Below are positions 13,768 through 26,771 of a stretch of DNA of 64,000 nt, one piece after another. Every line of letters begins with the position of its first letter. Position 1 is the stretch's first letter. A program made the position numbers and the translations under genes. Source of the stretch: Tubiluchus corallicola. Taxonomy: Eukaryota > Animalia > Priapulida. The stretch lies in the NCBI GenBank assembly GCA_030141605.1, contig JAQGDQ010000124.1, forward strand, positions 496,001-560,000, given 5' to 3'. Below the pieces are notes generated by a model. The model worked only from the letters and a program-made list of their open reading frames with translations, did no database searches and was not told the origin of the DNA.

Positions 13768-15916
13768 GTGTTATTTTATTCGGCTTGCTCTTGCTCTGTT
13801 CAAGAGACTATCCAACGACTGACAAAACTTATTATTCGTACTATAAACTAGTCGGATCACTCAATAAAGAATTGTTCGTTGAATTTAAATAAGTTAATAG
13901 ATCTTAAAATTATTTTTGCAATTTTCCTGAAATTTAAAAAATAATTTTGATCCATGTTCTATTACGAATGCTTGGTGTCAAACTATCAATAGTCAATCAG
14001 TTAGATTACACTCCTCCAAAACACACATATAATTCGAAGTCAGTTACAGAACTTATGCTACTAATGCACTAATGCCACTGTGACACATATACACGTCTTC
14101 CCCACAAAAGGATTATGGTGCTGTCGGGAAGTAATCGAGCAGAATTTTTTAAAGCCATTATAGGTATCTCGTACCGAAACCATACTAAGTAATACATATT
14201 AAGCCATACACATAAAGTGAGCTTAAGGGAAAAACGAAAATGTTTTTGTGAGGCAATGATATTTGAAAGTGTGTATATTTATGCTTTCGGGCATTTAGAA
14301 GTGGAGTTGCTTTGTGCAAAAATTGTTCGAACAATATGTGGCTTACGACATTTCTAATAATGAATAAGAGGTATAAGTTTTGAAAAAAAAACAGTCAAAA
14401 TAGGGCCATTTTGGAGGTCTTTTGCCCTCCCCCCGTTCTTCCCGATAGGCCTCCAAACCTGTTCCTCTCCGGATCTAAGTGGTGATGCCCGCAACTATTT
14501 ATTATGCATGGTTTTTTGTGGTGTACAGATTTATTTGTTGTCTTATCAGGAGTTGGTTAGCCGAGAAGCTTTATAGCAATGAACTGAACAAGCGTCTGTT
14601 GTTGCCCATGGCATCAAACGTGCTGTCCGTTCCACCTAGCTCTAATCTGCTCTTGCTTAAAAACTTTTAATCTTCAGAGAAAGAATCCTTTAGAGTAATC
14701 AAAGTACATTAATTTGGAGTACTTGCTGCTTTGCACAGCTGGTTTAATACGACTAGTCTTTTAAGACAGTCCTGCTCGCCGCTAAGTCTTTGGGATTGCG
14801 AGCCGCTTAAGGTTTCTTGTTTCTGTTCAAAATGCTGATGTTCGATGTGCCTTGCAATTCACATTAAATAACGCACTGGCAGCGTTCTTCTTTGACACAC
14901 GGACCTAGTGATCGACCTCTCAGAGTGGTTTGCCTCGCGCTGAGACGAGGTGGGTCCTTCGTCGCACCTCTTGCCCTGTTCCAATAACATTCGAAAAGAT
15001 CGGCCACGGGGACAGTCGGTCTCCCTGCTCTGCGAGACATGGCCCGGAGTGGATGGTTGCTGGCGTTCAGTCGCGGGGAGGGTGCTGAGCTCTATCGAGC
15101 GGAGAGATCACATAAGATACGATAACATAAGAAAAGGTGAAGGAATGGCAGACAAGACAGAATAGCGAGGAAATGAACGAGAAAGACGAACATTTCTCCT
15201 GTTATCCATGGCATAAGAAGGTTAATTACACAATACAGAGTTTCAGGGCCGGATTAAGGTGTGCTGCTGCCCTAAGCACCCAGCACCTGGTGCCCAGGCC
15301 TCCTTTTTTCTCCCTCCGTGCACGTTTTACGGCTCAAAGCAAACCAAAGCGATACAGATTATGACATTACATATAAAACAAACTCCATGTCTCCATTGCT
15401 CTTTAATTATTCTTTTTAAATAAATCAGTTACAAAAAAGAAGGTATGGTGCCTGCCAACAACAAAAATAGAATGGTGTTAAACAGGCAGTTAAAATGACC
15501 CCACTGCATGAGTCATTGATTATGAAACTTCCTGCTCTAGAACCTTAGCCAATGGCTGCTGCAGACGTTGTGGTTGCCAACTTGCCATGACAATAGGTGT
15601 AAGCATGGTGATAAGATATGAAGACACTACTATGATGTAATGTAATGAACTGAAAGACAACCCTGTCAACGTTATTTGTAAACGACACAGAAATGTGCTA
15701 CAGAACATGAAACAGAAAAATTTCTGATTGCAGCGTCTGTATTAAGTAAATAATTAGACGTGTTAATTAAGTCAAATCTAACAGTATTATCACTCACGCT
15801 GCATTAATAATATTGTAATATGTGTTATTTGTTTCGGCTTTAGATGAACAACTAACGTAAGTTCAAAGAGCTTTTTGCCAACTGTAAATAACAAATCTCC
15901 GGCTACATAACAGAGA

Positions 15917-15917
15917 C

Positions 15918-15980
<63 letters not shown>

Positions 15981-16125
15981 TTTGCTCTTATCCTAAATGT
16001 CACGAGCCAGGTAGAGCAACAGCGGGTACTATTTTAAAATTTGTTTAAAGTCTTTGATATGACGCGGTCGCAGTATCGAACTCGCGCCCTCCTAAACGGA
16101 AAGTGGGTCTACCACTAGGCTATAG
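15917..16125 (-). mobile_element. tRNA-derived SINE with (TAA)n tail
   Basis: Minus strand shows A-box-like TAGCCTAGTGG, B-box-like GAGTTCGATAC and body GTCATATCAAAGACTTTAAA...AATAGTACCCGCTG, then about 21 TAA units (the ATT microsatellite at 15917-15979). Confidence 0.75.
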
Positions 16126-16288
16126 AAATGTTTGTCATTTATTATCCACCCTTTAACCTATATATTGTAGTTTGATAACTAGGTGATACTGCTGATAATT
16201 AGCCCTTTTTAATTAATGCGTTTTACTAACTTTGTGTATAATGACGAAAAATAAATAAAATATAATTCTAATTGTAATTCTGTTACAG

Positions 16289-17460
16289 GTAACTTGCTGG
16301 TGATACTCGTTATTTTGTTGTGCAAGAAGATGCGAACAACCACCAACATGTTTCTGGCTAATCTGGCTCTGGCTGACATGTGTGTCGCCATCTTTTGTCT
16401 CTACCCTAATCTTTACCTTAGCTTCTGGAAGCACTGGCCCCTAGGCGATGCCATGTGTAGGATCTTCTACTTCATGAAGGGCACCTCTTACACCGCCTCC
16501 ATTTTGATTATGGTAGTTATGTCAGTGGAAAGATATTTAGTCATAATGATGCCTATGAAGTCGCGGCTGCTTTTGACCAGAAAGCGGCTGATCTGTGTTA
16601 CAGCCATTGTCTGGGTAGCGGCTGTGCTGAACAATGTACCTTGGTTGATCTTATACAAGAAGGAATTATTGGAAATTCCGGGCTTTCCGGAGCTAAACAA
16701 ACACCTTTGCGTTCTGCATCATGATTGGATGGATCGGCTGTCACGTTTTGATGTAGCAAATGTTTGCGTGTGGTACGTACTTCCTCTGTGCGTAATAACG
16801 TTTATATACTTCAGAATATCTATCAAGCTTTGGAGAAGTGCAACCAGTGAGGCGGTCAACGTCAGCTTGCGCGAAACAACCAGAGGTAAAGAAACAACAC
16901 CGATGGTTGTAGTGGACAGTGTTGGAACTGACACTTATAAGGACAAGGGCACAGCTATTGCCGATTCTAAGACAAAGTTGAATACGTTTTCAGGATATCG
17001 CGGGCGCAATGATAGCACGGTAAGCAGCGATAGTGTAGAATCCAACTGCAATGCCATTTCTGAGAAACAAGTGGGTGGAAAACACACTCCCGTTCACAAA
17101 AAGACTACAAAAACAAAATCATGTGATGAAGCGGCCCTAGAAGCCAGAAAGAAGGTTATCAAATTGTTAATAGTAGTCGTAGTAGCTTTTGCATTGTGCA
17201 TTCTACCCTACCATGTATTCAACATTCGTCAGTCTTTTGATCTAGTGCCGCATAGTCGTTACTCTGCTATCAATGCAGCTACGGCAACGCTTATTATGTA
17301 CATGCACAGCGGCATCAATCCCTTTCTTTACGCATTCTTTTCCGAGAAATTCAGAAAGAGCATGCATCTTGTGTTAATGTGCAAACGCGAAGAGTCATGG
17401 CGTCCGAGATGGGCACCAGCACAAACGTCCATGACGCAAGCAGCTGGGACGCCCGTTTGA
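16289..17460 (+). CDS. Rhodopsin-family (class A) neuropeptide GPCR, trissin-receptor-like; last coding exon (TM1 end to C-terminus)
   Basis: Acceptor CTGTTACAG/ ends at 16288 (phase 1) giving GNLLVILV. Motifs: TNMFLANLALAD (TM2), W-x-L-G-x3-C (ECL1), SYTASI..ERY (TM3), YVLP (TM5), FALCILPYH (TM6), INPFLY (TM7); stop at 17458-17460. Trissin-receptor likeness is from recalled motifs (SYTASI, LWRS, C-x-LPYH). Confidence 0.93.
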
Positions 17461-17954
17461 ATATGAGAATCCGTATATGAATGACCTGGACAATATTTTT
17501 ATTGTTCTTTCTTCATACACAAGAAAATGCTATTTGTCGCTCTGAAAAAAATCTCAATAACATTCAAATTCAAATGACTGTAGAGCTAGGGCAACAATAT
17601 GTTGCTTACGTTTTACTAAGTCTGACAGCAAGGGAGAAAGAACGAGTGAAAAACAATGACAGTAGGTGTGAGTAAAAAGCAAACTTGGAAAAGTGATGGC
17701 CCTGAACGGATCACGATTTCCAGAACGTTAGATGTATATCATGAAACCTAAACGCCGTCTTGAAATTTAGACATAAAAAGAGTGCACCATTTATCTCACT
17801 GCCTCATTGTTTTTGATAATTAATTTTGCTGATTACTGTTCTTGAGTTGCGCACGGTACATGGCAGCTACCCGGGCTACCGTGTCAGAAACAGTTTCGCT
17901 AATGCAATTTGTTATTGCTTCATACATGTGCTTGAACGCGTAAAATTTGTGTTT

Positions 17955-18345
17955 GCCCCACAGGGCCTCAGTCTCAAGTGATCTGACCTCTTTTTGTTCG
18001 AGGTCTAGATATTGCTCTTGTTCTTGTTGTTGGGCAGGACCTTTTACAAAAAGCCTAAGGATTCACCAATTTGTAATGGAGCATCATGAAATTTATAGAC
18101 ATATGCTAAAATAAAGTTCACATCGACTGGTGATGTTGGATTGTCGATCCGCCATTTCGAATTCAAGATGGCGGCAAAGACGTCAATTTTGAATAAAGCC
18201 TAAGGCTCAGCCAGTTGGCAATGAATTGTCACGAAATTTATCAAAATATATTATAGTAAATTATGTATCGATTAACGGAGTCGGCTGCCATCTTGAATTC
18301 AAGATGTTGACATTGACGTCATTTCTAATCCAACATCTTGAACTC
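17955..18345. mobile_element. Probable non-autonomous repeat (Helentron/HINE-like) with internal duplication
   Basis: Subterminal hairpin GACCTC..GAGGTC, then two related segments each containing AAAGCCTAAGG..GAAATTTAT..GCCAT..GAATTCAAGATG; family assignment is tentative. Confidence 0.4.
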
Positions 18346-20399
18346 AACGAATCACTCGACCAATAGTTCGATTCGAACTTGTTGATGTAAAAATAATTAC
18401 ACTTATGTAGAGTAATTAGTAAGTACATGCCGCACTTACGTAAATGTTATACATAAAGTAAAGTAGCGAACTTGCATAGTTAAAATGCGTGTATTGCTAC
18501 AAAGAAGTCGTTATTAACTTAGCACGTTTTTACCTGAATTGTATTGTACTATAACTCTTGATAAATTTATTTTTCTTAGAAAGTTAGGGAGACCATTTCT
18601 CTAAAATATGCCTTTGGTTGAGTGAACATCTGGAAAATTGTCTGTCGCTTCAAAAAAATAAATACGTTTTTCAACAACAAAACGAAAAAGTATCACATGT
18701 AGCAGAGTAGAGCCGACCTGAGTTTCGTGAAGCTGAGGTTGTGGCTTGTGCATTTGGCGAGATTCGATAACCGACATTAGCAGGTTAGTCAGACTCGTGA
18801 AAGTGTTGTAGACTGAAAAAATAAATTGCTGGAAAAACAGTTTTAGATGTATAATTCTACTCTGTATTGTATTCTACTCAGAATCCAAATATACACACAC
18901 CGCAGTAAACATCGTTGAAAAACAGTCAAAGTAAGGTCTTATTCACATCTGAGTAAAATATTATTTTGAACACCCCACTGTCTACGTTTATTGCTTATTG
19001 CTCTTATCTAGCAGCCTAGTAAAAACCGTTACGTTCATAGAGAAGCCAAGTGCTCTAGTTTACATACAAAATGTGTAGCGGAAGTAAAAATATTAAGTGA
19101 TAATCACAAAGTGTATTGATAGGTGTCAGCACGAACTTAGTGCCAATGAAAAATTAATTTCAAAAATACAAATCAAAAGTAATAAATCACAGTCAATTAA
19201 TTAATTAATTATAAACTGAATATTAAATTGAGCTCGCATCTGCGACACCATGTGAGCTAATATGTAATGACATACAAAAAATTATAAAGCAAGTTTCTTT
19301 CTGCTAAAGTTAAATTTTTTTATAATTACTACAGAAAATTATAATTAGATAGAAGTCGTAAAACGTCCAGGCTGTCAATATTTTCAAAAACGAAAAACCA
19401 CAACATTTTCTGCTATCACCGAAATCAAAGTGAAATTGAAACAAACAGTAGCTACGAAACGAAACAAAAGCAAACACACAATGCCCAGTTGCATTTCGTA
19501 TTGTACTTTGCTTTAATACAACATTCGCAAGGAAATTATTACCATATCTTTGGTCGCATGACGTTGATAGGAGAGGAATGGGGCGGCATTACGACATACA
19601 GCGGTATAGGACATATCCTTTTTCACAACACCGTTGTTTGTAGTAAAAGCAGGTGATATAGGATTCCAAATTTCTAATAACACATTTTTATTGTAGTAGA
19701 CGCTTCTACTCTGTCACTTTCTCTCTATCACGCTGCGCTCTGTAACGGAAATTAAAAATTCCGACTGTTATCGTACAACTATAACGTAATTATTTCGGTA
19801 CACTGAACAATTTAGTTTTACTGGATTTCGTCATAATAAAGTAAACAGCACTGTTGGGATTAATGTCCACAAATGACATTATATTCGCATCATTAGATGA
19901 AGCTTTTAATTAACCCGCCAAGACTCGTACAGCAGAGTCAGCATGTCAGTGCACGTGGACACCGACTTAACGAAAATGGGTGACTTAATTATTAACACGC
20001 TTGTTTTTTATTCTCTTTTCCAACCGTTAAAAATTTCGCAGTGTGCACCCGATGTTTGTTCAAAATATTGAAAATGATCTTGAATGAGCGGATTTTGAAA
20101 TGTGCCTTGCGTGAAAACTCAGTTGTGCATCTGGCACCGTGCTAGTTACAGCAAAAAACACAAGCAAAAAATGTGGTAATCCACAATCTATAATATTGTC
20201 TGTTCTCATTTGTCTGGCATTGTGTGGCGATAACATTCATTGAAAACATGATAAAACACACAGAAAAACACACATTAGTTTCATAGTAACTAAAAAAAGT
20301 AGTGAAATTAGTTACAATCTTAACTAACATGTTGAAAGCAGATCTCTAACTCAACAAGTATAGAATGTTTCAGAGCTCACTACAAACTTTGATTTCTAA

Positions 20400-21760
20400 T
20401 TTTCCTTTCAAAATTTTCTTCAATCTCACCAAGTTCTTGCACGAATCGAAAGGGTACTTTGGCTGCCGTTTTTGGCAATCATTCTTGTTTATTTTTTACT
20501 GGAGGCAACGTTACTATGGCAACGACACTAACGTTAGAAATGAGGTGCAAAATCTCCGCCTGGCAAGTGGTCCTTCAAATAATGGGTCCTCCAATCGAAG
20601 TTTGGGGAAATGAGAACACTGTGTAAGCCACATTATTACGCATTTGAATCATTAATTATGTCACTGCAAGATTATATTAGGCAAAAATTTATGCAAACGG
20701 CCCAACAAACGTTTATGAATTCGAAATAACAATTTACCCGAAGGATGTTGAACAAGCATCTTGAAATATTGCTGTGGGAAAGGCACGTGTTAATGATCAG
20801 CAAAAGTGTTTCGAAGAATGTGGCGAAAATAGCGAAGCCTATCAGTTTTATAGTGCTATTCAGATTTTCGTCTAATTTGACTGAAGAATCCCCAAAGTTT
20901 TTAGCTTATCTGTAGCTATTTTCCGACAAATAATTTTGTTTATTAAAAACATGTAGAAAATATAAAGTGTATAAGGACATGAGATATCCTGTATTTCGAC
21001 AGCAAATGACCTCTGTTTCATAGAAATCGGCTTTCCCACTGTTACGGATTTATTAGGAATGCGCAGTACAGGTATTTTAGCCGTATTCTTTCAGATCGAA
21101 CAGATGCGGTTGATGACTCCTTCATCTTTGCCTGCAATCTGTGTATAGGTGCAGCATTTGCTATATCTGAAAACGTTGTTAGTATAGGAAGGCGATATTC
21201 TTGAAGATGATTTAACAGCCTGAAATACCGAATTCGACAATCAGAAAAGACAAAATGTATAACATATCGCGAGTTAAATCCAGATGTCGAACGTTTATAA
21301 CTCTAACATACCAGAAATCCAAAGGGTGAAGCTTGCTGCTCACAAGCTTACGCTGGCCGCTGGGCTCAGTTACCGAGGGAAAACGCTTGGTTTCGTGTGA
21401 GGCTGGTACAGACAGAGGACCATGTTATATGTGAATGCACACAGATTCGTAATTTGAGAATGAACTATAATAATAATGCAGATTTCTCAAACTACGGCCA
21501 TTTTTCCAATCTGAAGCAAATTTCGTTTACCAATTTGTAACAGAGGCGTCAAATATGTATGATAATGGTGATTGTGATTAATCATGCTGTAATAATTTAT
21601 AAAACTGAATGTAACATCCAGTCGTAATGGTACATAAGTGAAATTTTGTGGAAAATATTTCGTACACTTCGAATGTTATTTTTTACGGAATGATTCTGTT
21701 GTGACCATCTCCTTGATTGTGTGTTTATATCAGTCAATAAATTTATCTATCTATCTATTA
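20400..21760 (+). mobile_element. Highly decayed LINE 3' portion
   Basis: Near 21330-21500 frame-disrupted AAHKLTLAAG..C.CEAG..TEDHVICEC resembles the LINE ORF2 C-terminal Cys/His motif; ends AATAAA+(TCTA)n at 21736-21757. The 5' boundary is uncertain. Confidence 0.5.
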
Positions 21761-23394
21761 TGTCAGCTTGAGAGCTTAACACCCACCCCTCGTATTAAGT
21801 TATAGTGTAAATGTGGCCGCTGGAGATCTATGCGGACGAGAGCAGACTTCGAACACATTGTAAAATGGCAGAATTAAGAGAAGGCAAGCTTCATCAAAAG
21901 GATCAGGAGATTCAAGCGAACGTTAGTGTTAAAAAATGTGAAGCAGAATGCATTTAAAATGAAAGCGAGTGAAAGAAGGTAAAAGATGAAAAGAAGCAAA
22001 TTCAATTAGAAAATAGAAAAATTACGTATACAAGTATAAGAAAATAAGGAACAGGGAGAAATCTCAATTATATAAATGATTTAAACAAGTTAATTACACA
22101 GTTGTTCCTAAACAACGAGAAAGACGCACAAAGAGAGACACTAAAGAACGTCTCACAAATATGGGTGATTATAGGCAGTAGTAATTTGATGAGATAACAG
22201 AGTTCCAAAAATAGATCTTCCTGAAAATCGAAGCTAACAACGAAAGCATAACATTAAAAGAAGTAAAGAAGAAACAAATAAAATTTAAAAAGCTCCCATT
22301 CCTGTAAATTGCGTATACAAACATTATTTTCACTGCTTTATTGAAATTAGTGAAAAGCATAAACTAACTATATTTAAACATGGCAATGTTATTCACAGAA
22401 ATGAAGGACAGGGTGGCAATAGAAAAATAATCATGTTTTCCTTTTTGACAAAGGTGGTACTGCAAGCTAATTTACTGTAGAATTTGACATTATTATCTAA
22501 AAGATAAGGTGAACGACAACGCTTGTTAATTTTCATAGTGATGACAGGGTAACAAATATATGGAATGGACTTAAAATTGCGTGATGCGCTGGAACTAAAA
22601 GAAATATAAGTGTTGCAAGTTTGAAATAATTGTAAGTTTTGAAGACAGATAGGTATCGGATTGCAAAACAAGAACAAGCAAATTATGGGCAAACTAAAGT
22701 GTGGCCAAACGAAATTTTTAATACGGAACTGAACTGAAAAAAATTTATAGGCGTGACATGACAGAAGAGATAGTAATGAATCTTTGATTTTTAACACATG
22801 ATGTAAGCCACATAAAGGATCAAATGACAAAGTGGGCGTAAATAAAGATTAAAAGCCTGATTAAACAATAGCAAATAAGAAAAAACTAATTGACTTAATG
22901 TTGTTAAAGTGTAATAGCAGATTTATAATCAGCAGTAATAGAAAAGGAAGAGACACATTTAGATAAATAGAAACGAAAGGTTATACTTGTCATTACAAAA
23001 ACTTAGTATGTACATGCAGAGATAAATCGCTTGGAATCGGATGGATTTTAGCAACAAAAATGCACTAGAAGCGGTGATAACAATGTATAATAGAGCCTGA
23101 TAATCCCCATGGTTATTAGTTATTGTGAAATACTGATACTCACAATTCATGCATCTCGGGACTGTTGAGCAAGTATAGAACAACTTGAAACAATGTAAAG
23201 GACGTGTGTGCATGAATAAAGGAACATATTCATTTAGCAAGAAATAATGACGAGAATTAGGAGGTGTCTATTTTTCTGGAAAAACGATGACATGACAGAA
23301 AATCCATTTATGTACGAAGAAGTCATTAACCATGGGAACATAATCGTGATACAGAGTGACAACTGGAAAACGTTGAGCATGATAACACGAATGT

Positions 23395-23625
23395 AGGAAA
23401 AAATGGCACAGGAAAAAACGGCATACTTAGTAAAATATGCGGTTTTGTCTGTAATAGCTTATGCTTAACACGCAAAACTATCTAACATATTTCCAAGAAA
23501 CTTTGTGAAGAAAGGCGGGAATAGGGTGTCAAAATGGAAATCTTTTTGGTAATTCGTTTTTCGCGAAACGTGTCTGAACACCTGCTTTTCGATTTGTGCC
23601 ATTTTTTCCTGTACCAATTTTACCA
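23395..23625. mobile_element. Non-autonomous DNA element with inverted GGAAAAAATGGCAC repeats; related copy at ~48365-48825
   Basis: Left GGAAAAAATGGCACAGG and right TGTGCCATTTTTTCCTG are inverted; 23480-23570 matches the reverse complement of 48730-48820. Confidence 0.55.
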
Positions 23626-25949
23626 CGCACCAGATAACACAGTTTATTGCAACTTGTATGACGTATGACGACGACAAAATAATGGTAATGAGAAATAAAG
23701 ATGTTCAGCCAAATGAAAAATAATAATCGTTCAGTGTAAATGTGCTGAGAGTTGACTACTAGGTTGCTCGAATACAATGATTAGTACACCAGCTCCAAAC
23801 ATGATACGGGATAGGTCCAAACAACCTAAAAACCACAGAGCTCCTGTTAGGTTACTAGGCATTACATAATCACAAGTGTTTGCTAAGGTGCATAGATTTT
23901 GAACATAGACAGGAATTTAAAGGTTTTGATTGTAAAAAAAAATATAAAAATAGCTAGCTAATCAGAATGTTCACAAAAATGTTCAGCCATTCTGGACTAC
24001 GATACAGTAATATTTTTTGGATATGACATGTTGCATATTTGAAACGCGCACGTCTTATTAGTTTACAGCGACATATGACTGTTTGAGTGTTTATTTGTCT
24101 GCTTGGAATACTCGCAGCTGTCGCTGAAAAGGATCGACCGTATAAGCGGAAATCAGTAATCACCAAGTGCAGAAAAAGTAACGACGATTACCCATATTTC
24201 TACAACGCTTGTCTACGAAACGCTGTTAGCCAGATTATGAATGTCAACAGTTTTTTCAAGCCGGTAGTGTGAGTAAAATAAGGACAAAATAGGTAAAGTG
24301 CGAAATAACTCGCTAAGCTCGTTTATCTTGTTGGCTTTGGCCACCGTTTATGTAAAAAGTTTGATTTCACATGTAAAGACAATTTTAAAAGGTTTTGGCC
24401 GTGTAGGCCTAGCACTAGTATTAGTAGCAATCATACTGGACTTTATAGCGGATCTTTCTTAGCGCTTTATATTTTCCCAAGGAATTAAGAACAATGAACT
24501 CAGTGTTTGAAGCTGTAAAATCGATAGGGGAACGTTTAGGCTAGTAAATAGTGCTGCGTGAAATGTTAACGCTTGCTCGACATCCTTTGGTACGCTTCTC
24601 CTACCACCTTGTGTACTGCGCTGCCGTATACTGCTTTCTGTGTACCGCAGCGCCATTTGCTGCCTAATGGGACATAACAGAATGGTACACAGTGAGATGG
24701 TACGCTTTGATGTCAAGCAAGCACCTCGAAGCGTACAACGTAGTGTTTTATTTAACCCTCCTGACGTAACTGCGTAATATAATACAGATTGCCACCTGAT
24801 TTTCTGCTAAAATGCACCCACGCATGCGAATACCTTTTTTAAATACTCCAAACAAGCCCACGCCAATCAAGGTAGAGCAACAATATGATTTTGAAGCCTG
24901 TCAAGTTGGTTAATATAACAAGCTGTGGCACCAGTTGTGAGGGCAGCCCATGCTAGTTCAAATAGTTAATTTGCAAAGATAGAATACGATTTCAGGAAAT
25001 TGATAATTACAAGCACAATATAGACATCCCACTACTTTTTTCTATATTCTTAGCCACTTTTATAAGATGTTTCTCCAATCTAAAATTATCAGAACACAAG
25101 CTAAGGCAAAATCAAAGTTTTGACTTGAATGTCACAGTATGACTTGCCAATTGTTATTCAACACTAATGCTTACAAGATAAAGTAGTAGTGGACTACTAC
25201 CACTAACACATTGATTTGGTCATGGAAATCAGGTATGTAACTGAGATTATTCGCTGCAGCAAATTGATTTACAACTGGATTGATTTGGGATGTACGAAAG
25301 ATGCATTGTATGGAGGAAATTTCTATATAAATGACTCTGTAAATTTCATCCAATTGTGCCAAATACATGCATGAATGACAAGACAGCATGGCAGAGATTC
25401 GTGGTTGAATCAAATAAAAGTCCAGATCTACATTAATATCTTTTAACTTTTAATGCATCTGGGGCACATGGCACATTCAATGTCTATTTGGGATTATTTG
25501 TTGCACAAAGTTGGAATTATTTTTGGATACTGAGTATTACCCTTTTTTGTGAACACAATCTTCAATTCCATTTCTAACAGTTATATTGCTGGAACCTAAG
25601 TTAACTCACAAATAATCACAGCTAATTTTCAAATGAAAACTGAATTTTAACTAGACATTAAGGTGCTGCCATCTACATTCGACATGAACATCGCGTGATA
25701 CTTCACTTTAACATTGACTGATTACTTGAAGAATCTCAAACAACTAGGTCTAATGTTAAATTTCACAAGTTTAAACAATTGATTTTCAGAATTCTAGTTA
25801 AACACAATTTTCAGAATTTTTACATGATGCAAAACTAGTAAAATGTAAGGTTTCAAAGAAGACATACAGTAATCATAGCAATAGGGTACATGAATTTTGA
25901 AAACATAAGTATAGTTCATTGCCTGTCAAAAGCAAAGACTTGGTCAATA

Positions 25950-26771
25950 TAGGGATGCACCAAATGCACATTTTCATCAGCCAAACTGTAATCGAATGTT
26001 TTACTCTTGGGTACCACAGAACCGAAGCTTAACCGAATGAAAAGCTTTGCTGCCGCACCGAATTCTGAATAAAACATCAAGTTAAATTGGAATACTGGAC
26101 CGAAGCCGAACCATTTTTTTACCGAAACTGAATCAAATTTTTTTGTAATTTTAATTAAAAGAGTTATAAAATCTGAAATTTTTTATCATTTTAAGTTAGT
26201 AGTGATTGGTAAGTTGTGTAAAATTGTTCTTATTACTAAATCTGCATTTCTTTATTGTTTTGTAGTAATTAAGTATTTTAAGGGCCACCCTAATTCTTTC
26301 AAAAGCTATTCAAACTATTTTGTATAATCAACAAAAACAGTATTTAAGCAAAACTGCAATAGTTTAATTGTTTACTGGCTCGAGTTCCCATTGATTTATT
26401 TTGGATTTTTATTATATACATCATGTATAAGCAAACACAGCACTGCTTTGCTATTGCACAATGCGCATTAACGTAACTTGTGTGCCAACTGCGCATTTCA
26501 TCTTTGAGTTAGCATACAGAAAGCAAAATGTCAGCTGTTGAGTCGAGTTCGCTGTTTACTATCAGCTTTTTTCGGATAAATTTTTCTAAGTGTTGTAGGT
26601 AAAAATTCGGTTTGTTGAATGTAATTCGAATGTGACGATTGTTAAAAAAGTAACTTTGGTATACCAATGGTTCACCGAACCTTTAGTGCTTACAACAAAG
26701 TTTATCAGACTGCATTTTTTGACCGATATTCGGGGAAAGATTCATTGATCCGAATATTCCGTGTAGCCCTA
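25950..26771. mobile_element. hAT-type non-autonomous element
   Basis: Termini TAGGGATGCACC and CCGTGTAGCCCTA; subterminal ACCGAA/TTCGG repeats; flanks GGTCAATA and GATCAACA look like a decayed 8-bp TSD. Confidence 0.65.

Noticed and set aside
20510-20523. Near-perfect single X-box GTTACTATGGCAAC
   Set aside because: It is isolated and lies within probable LINE debris, with no promoter context to support function.
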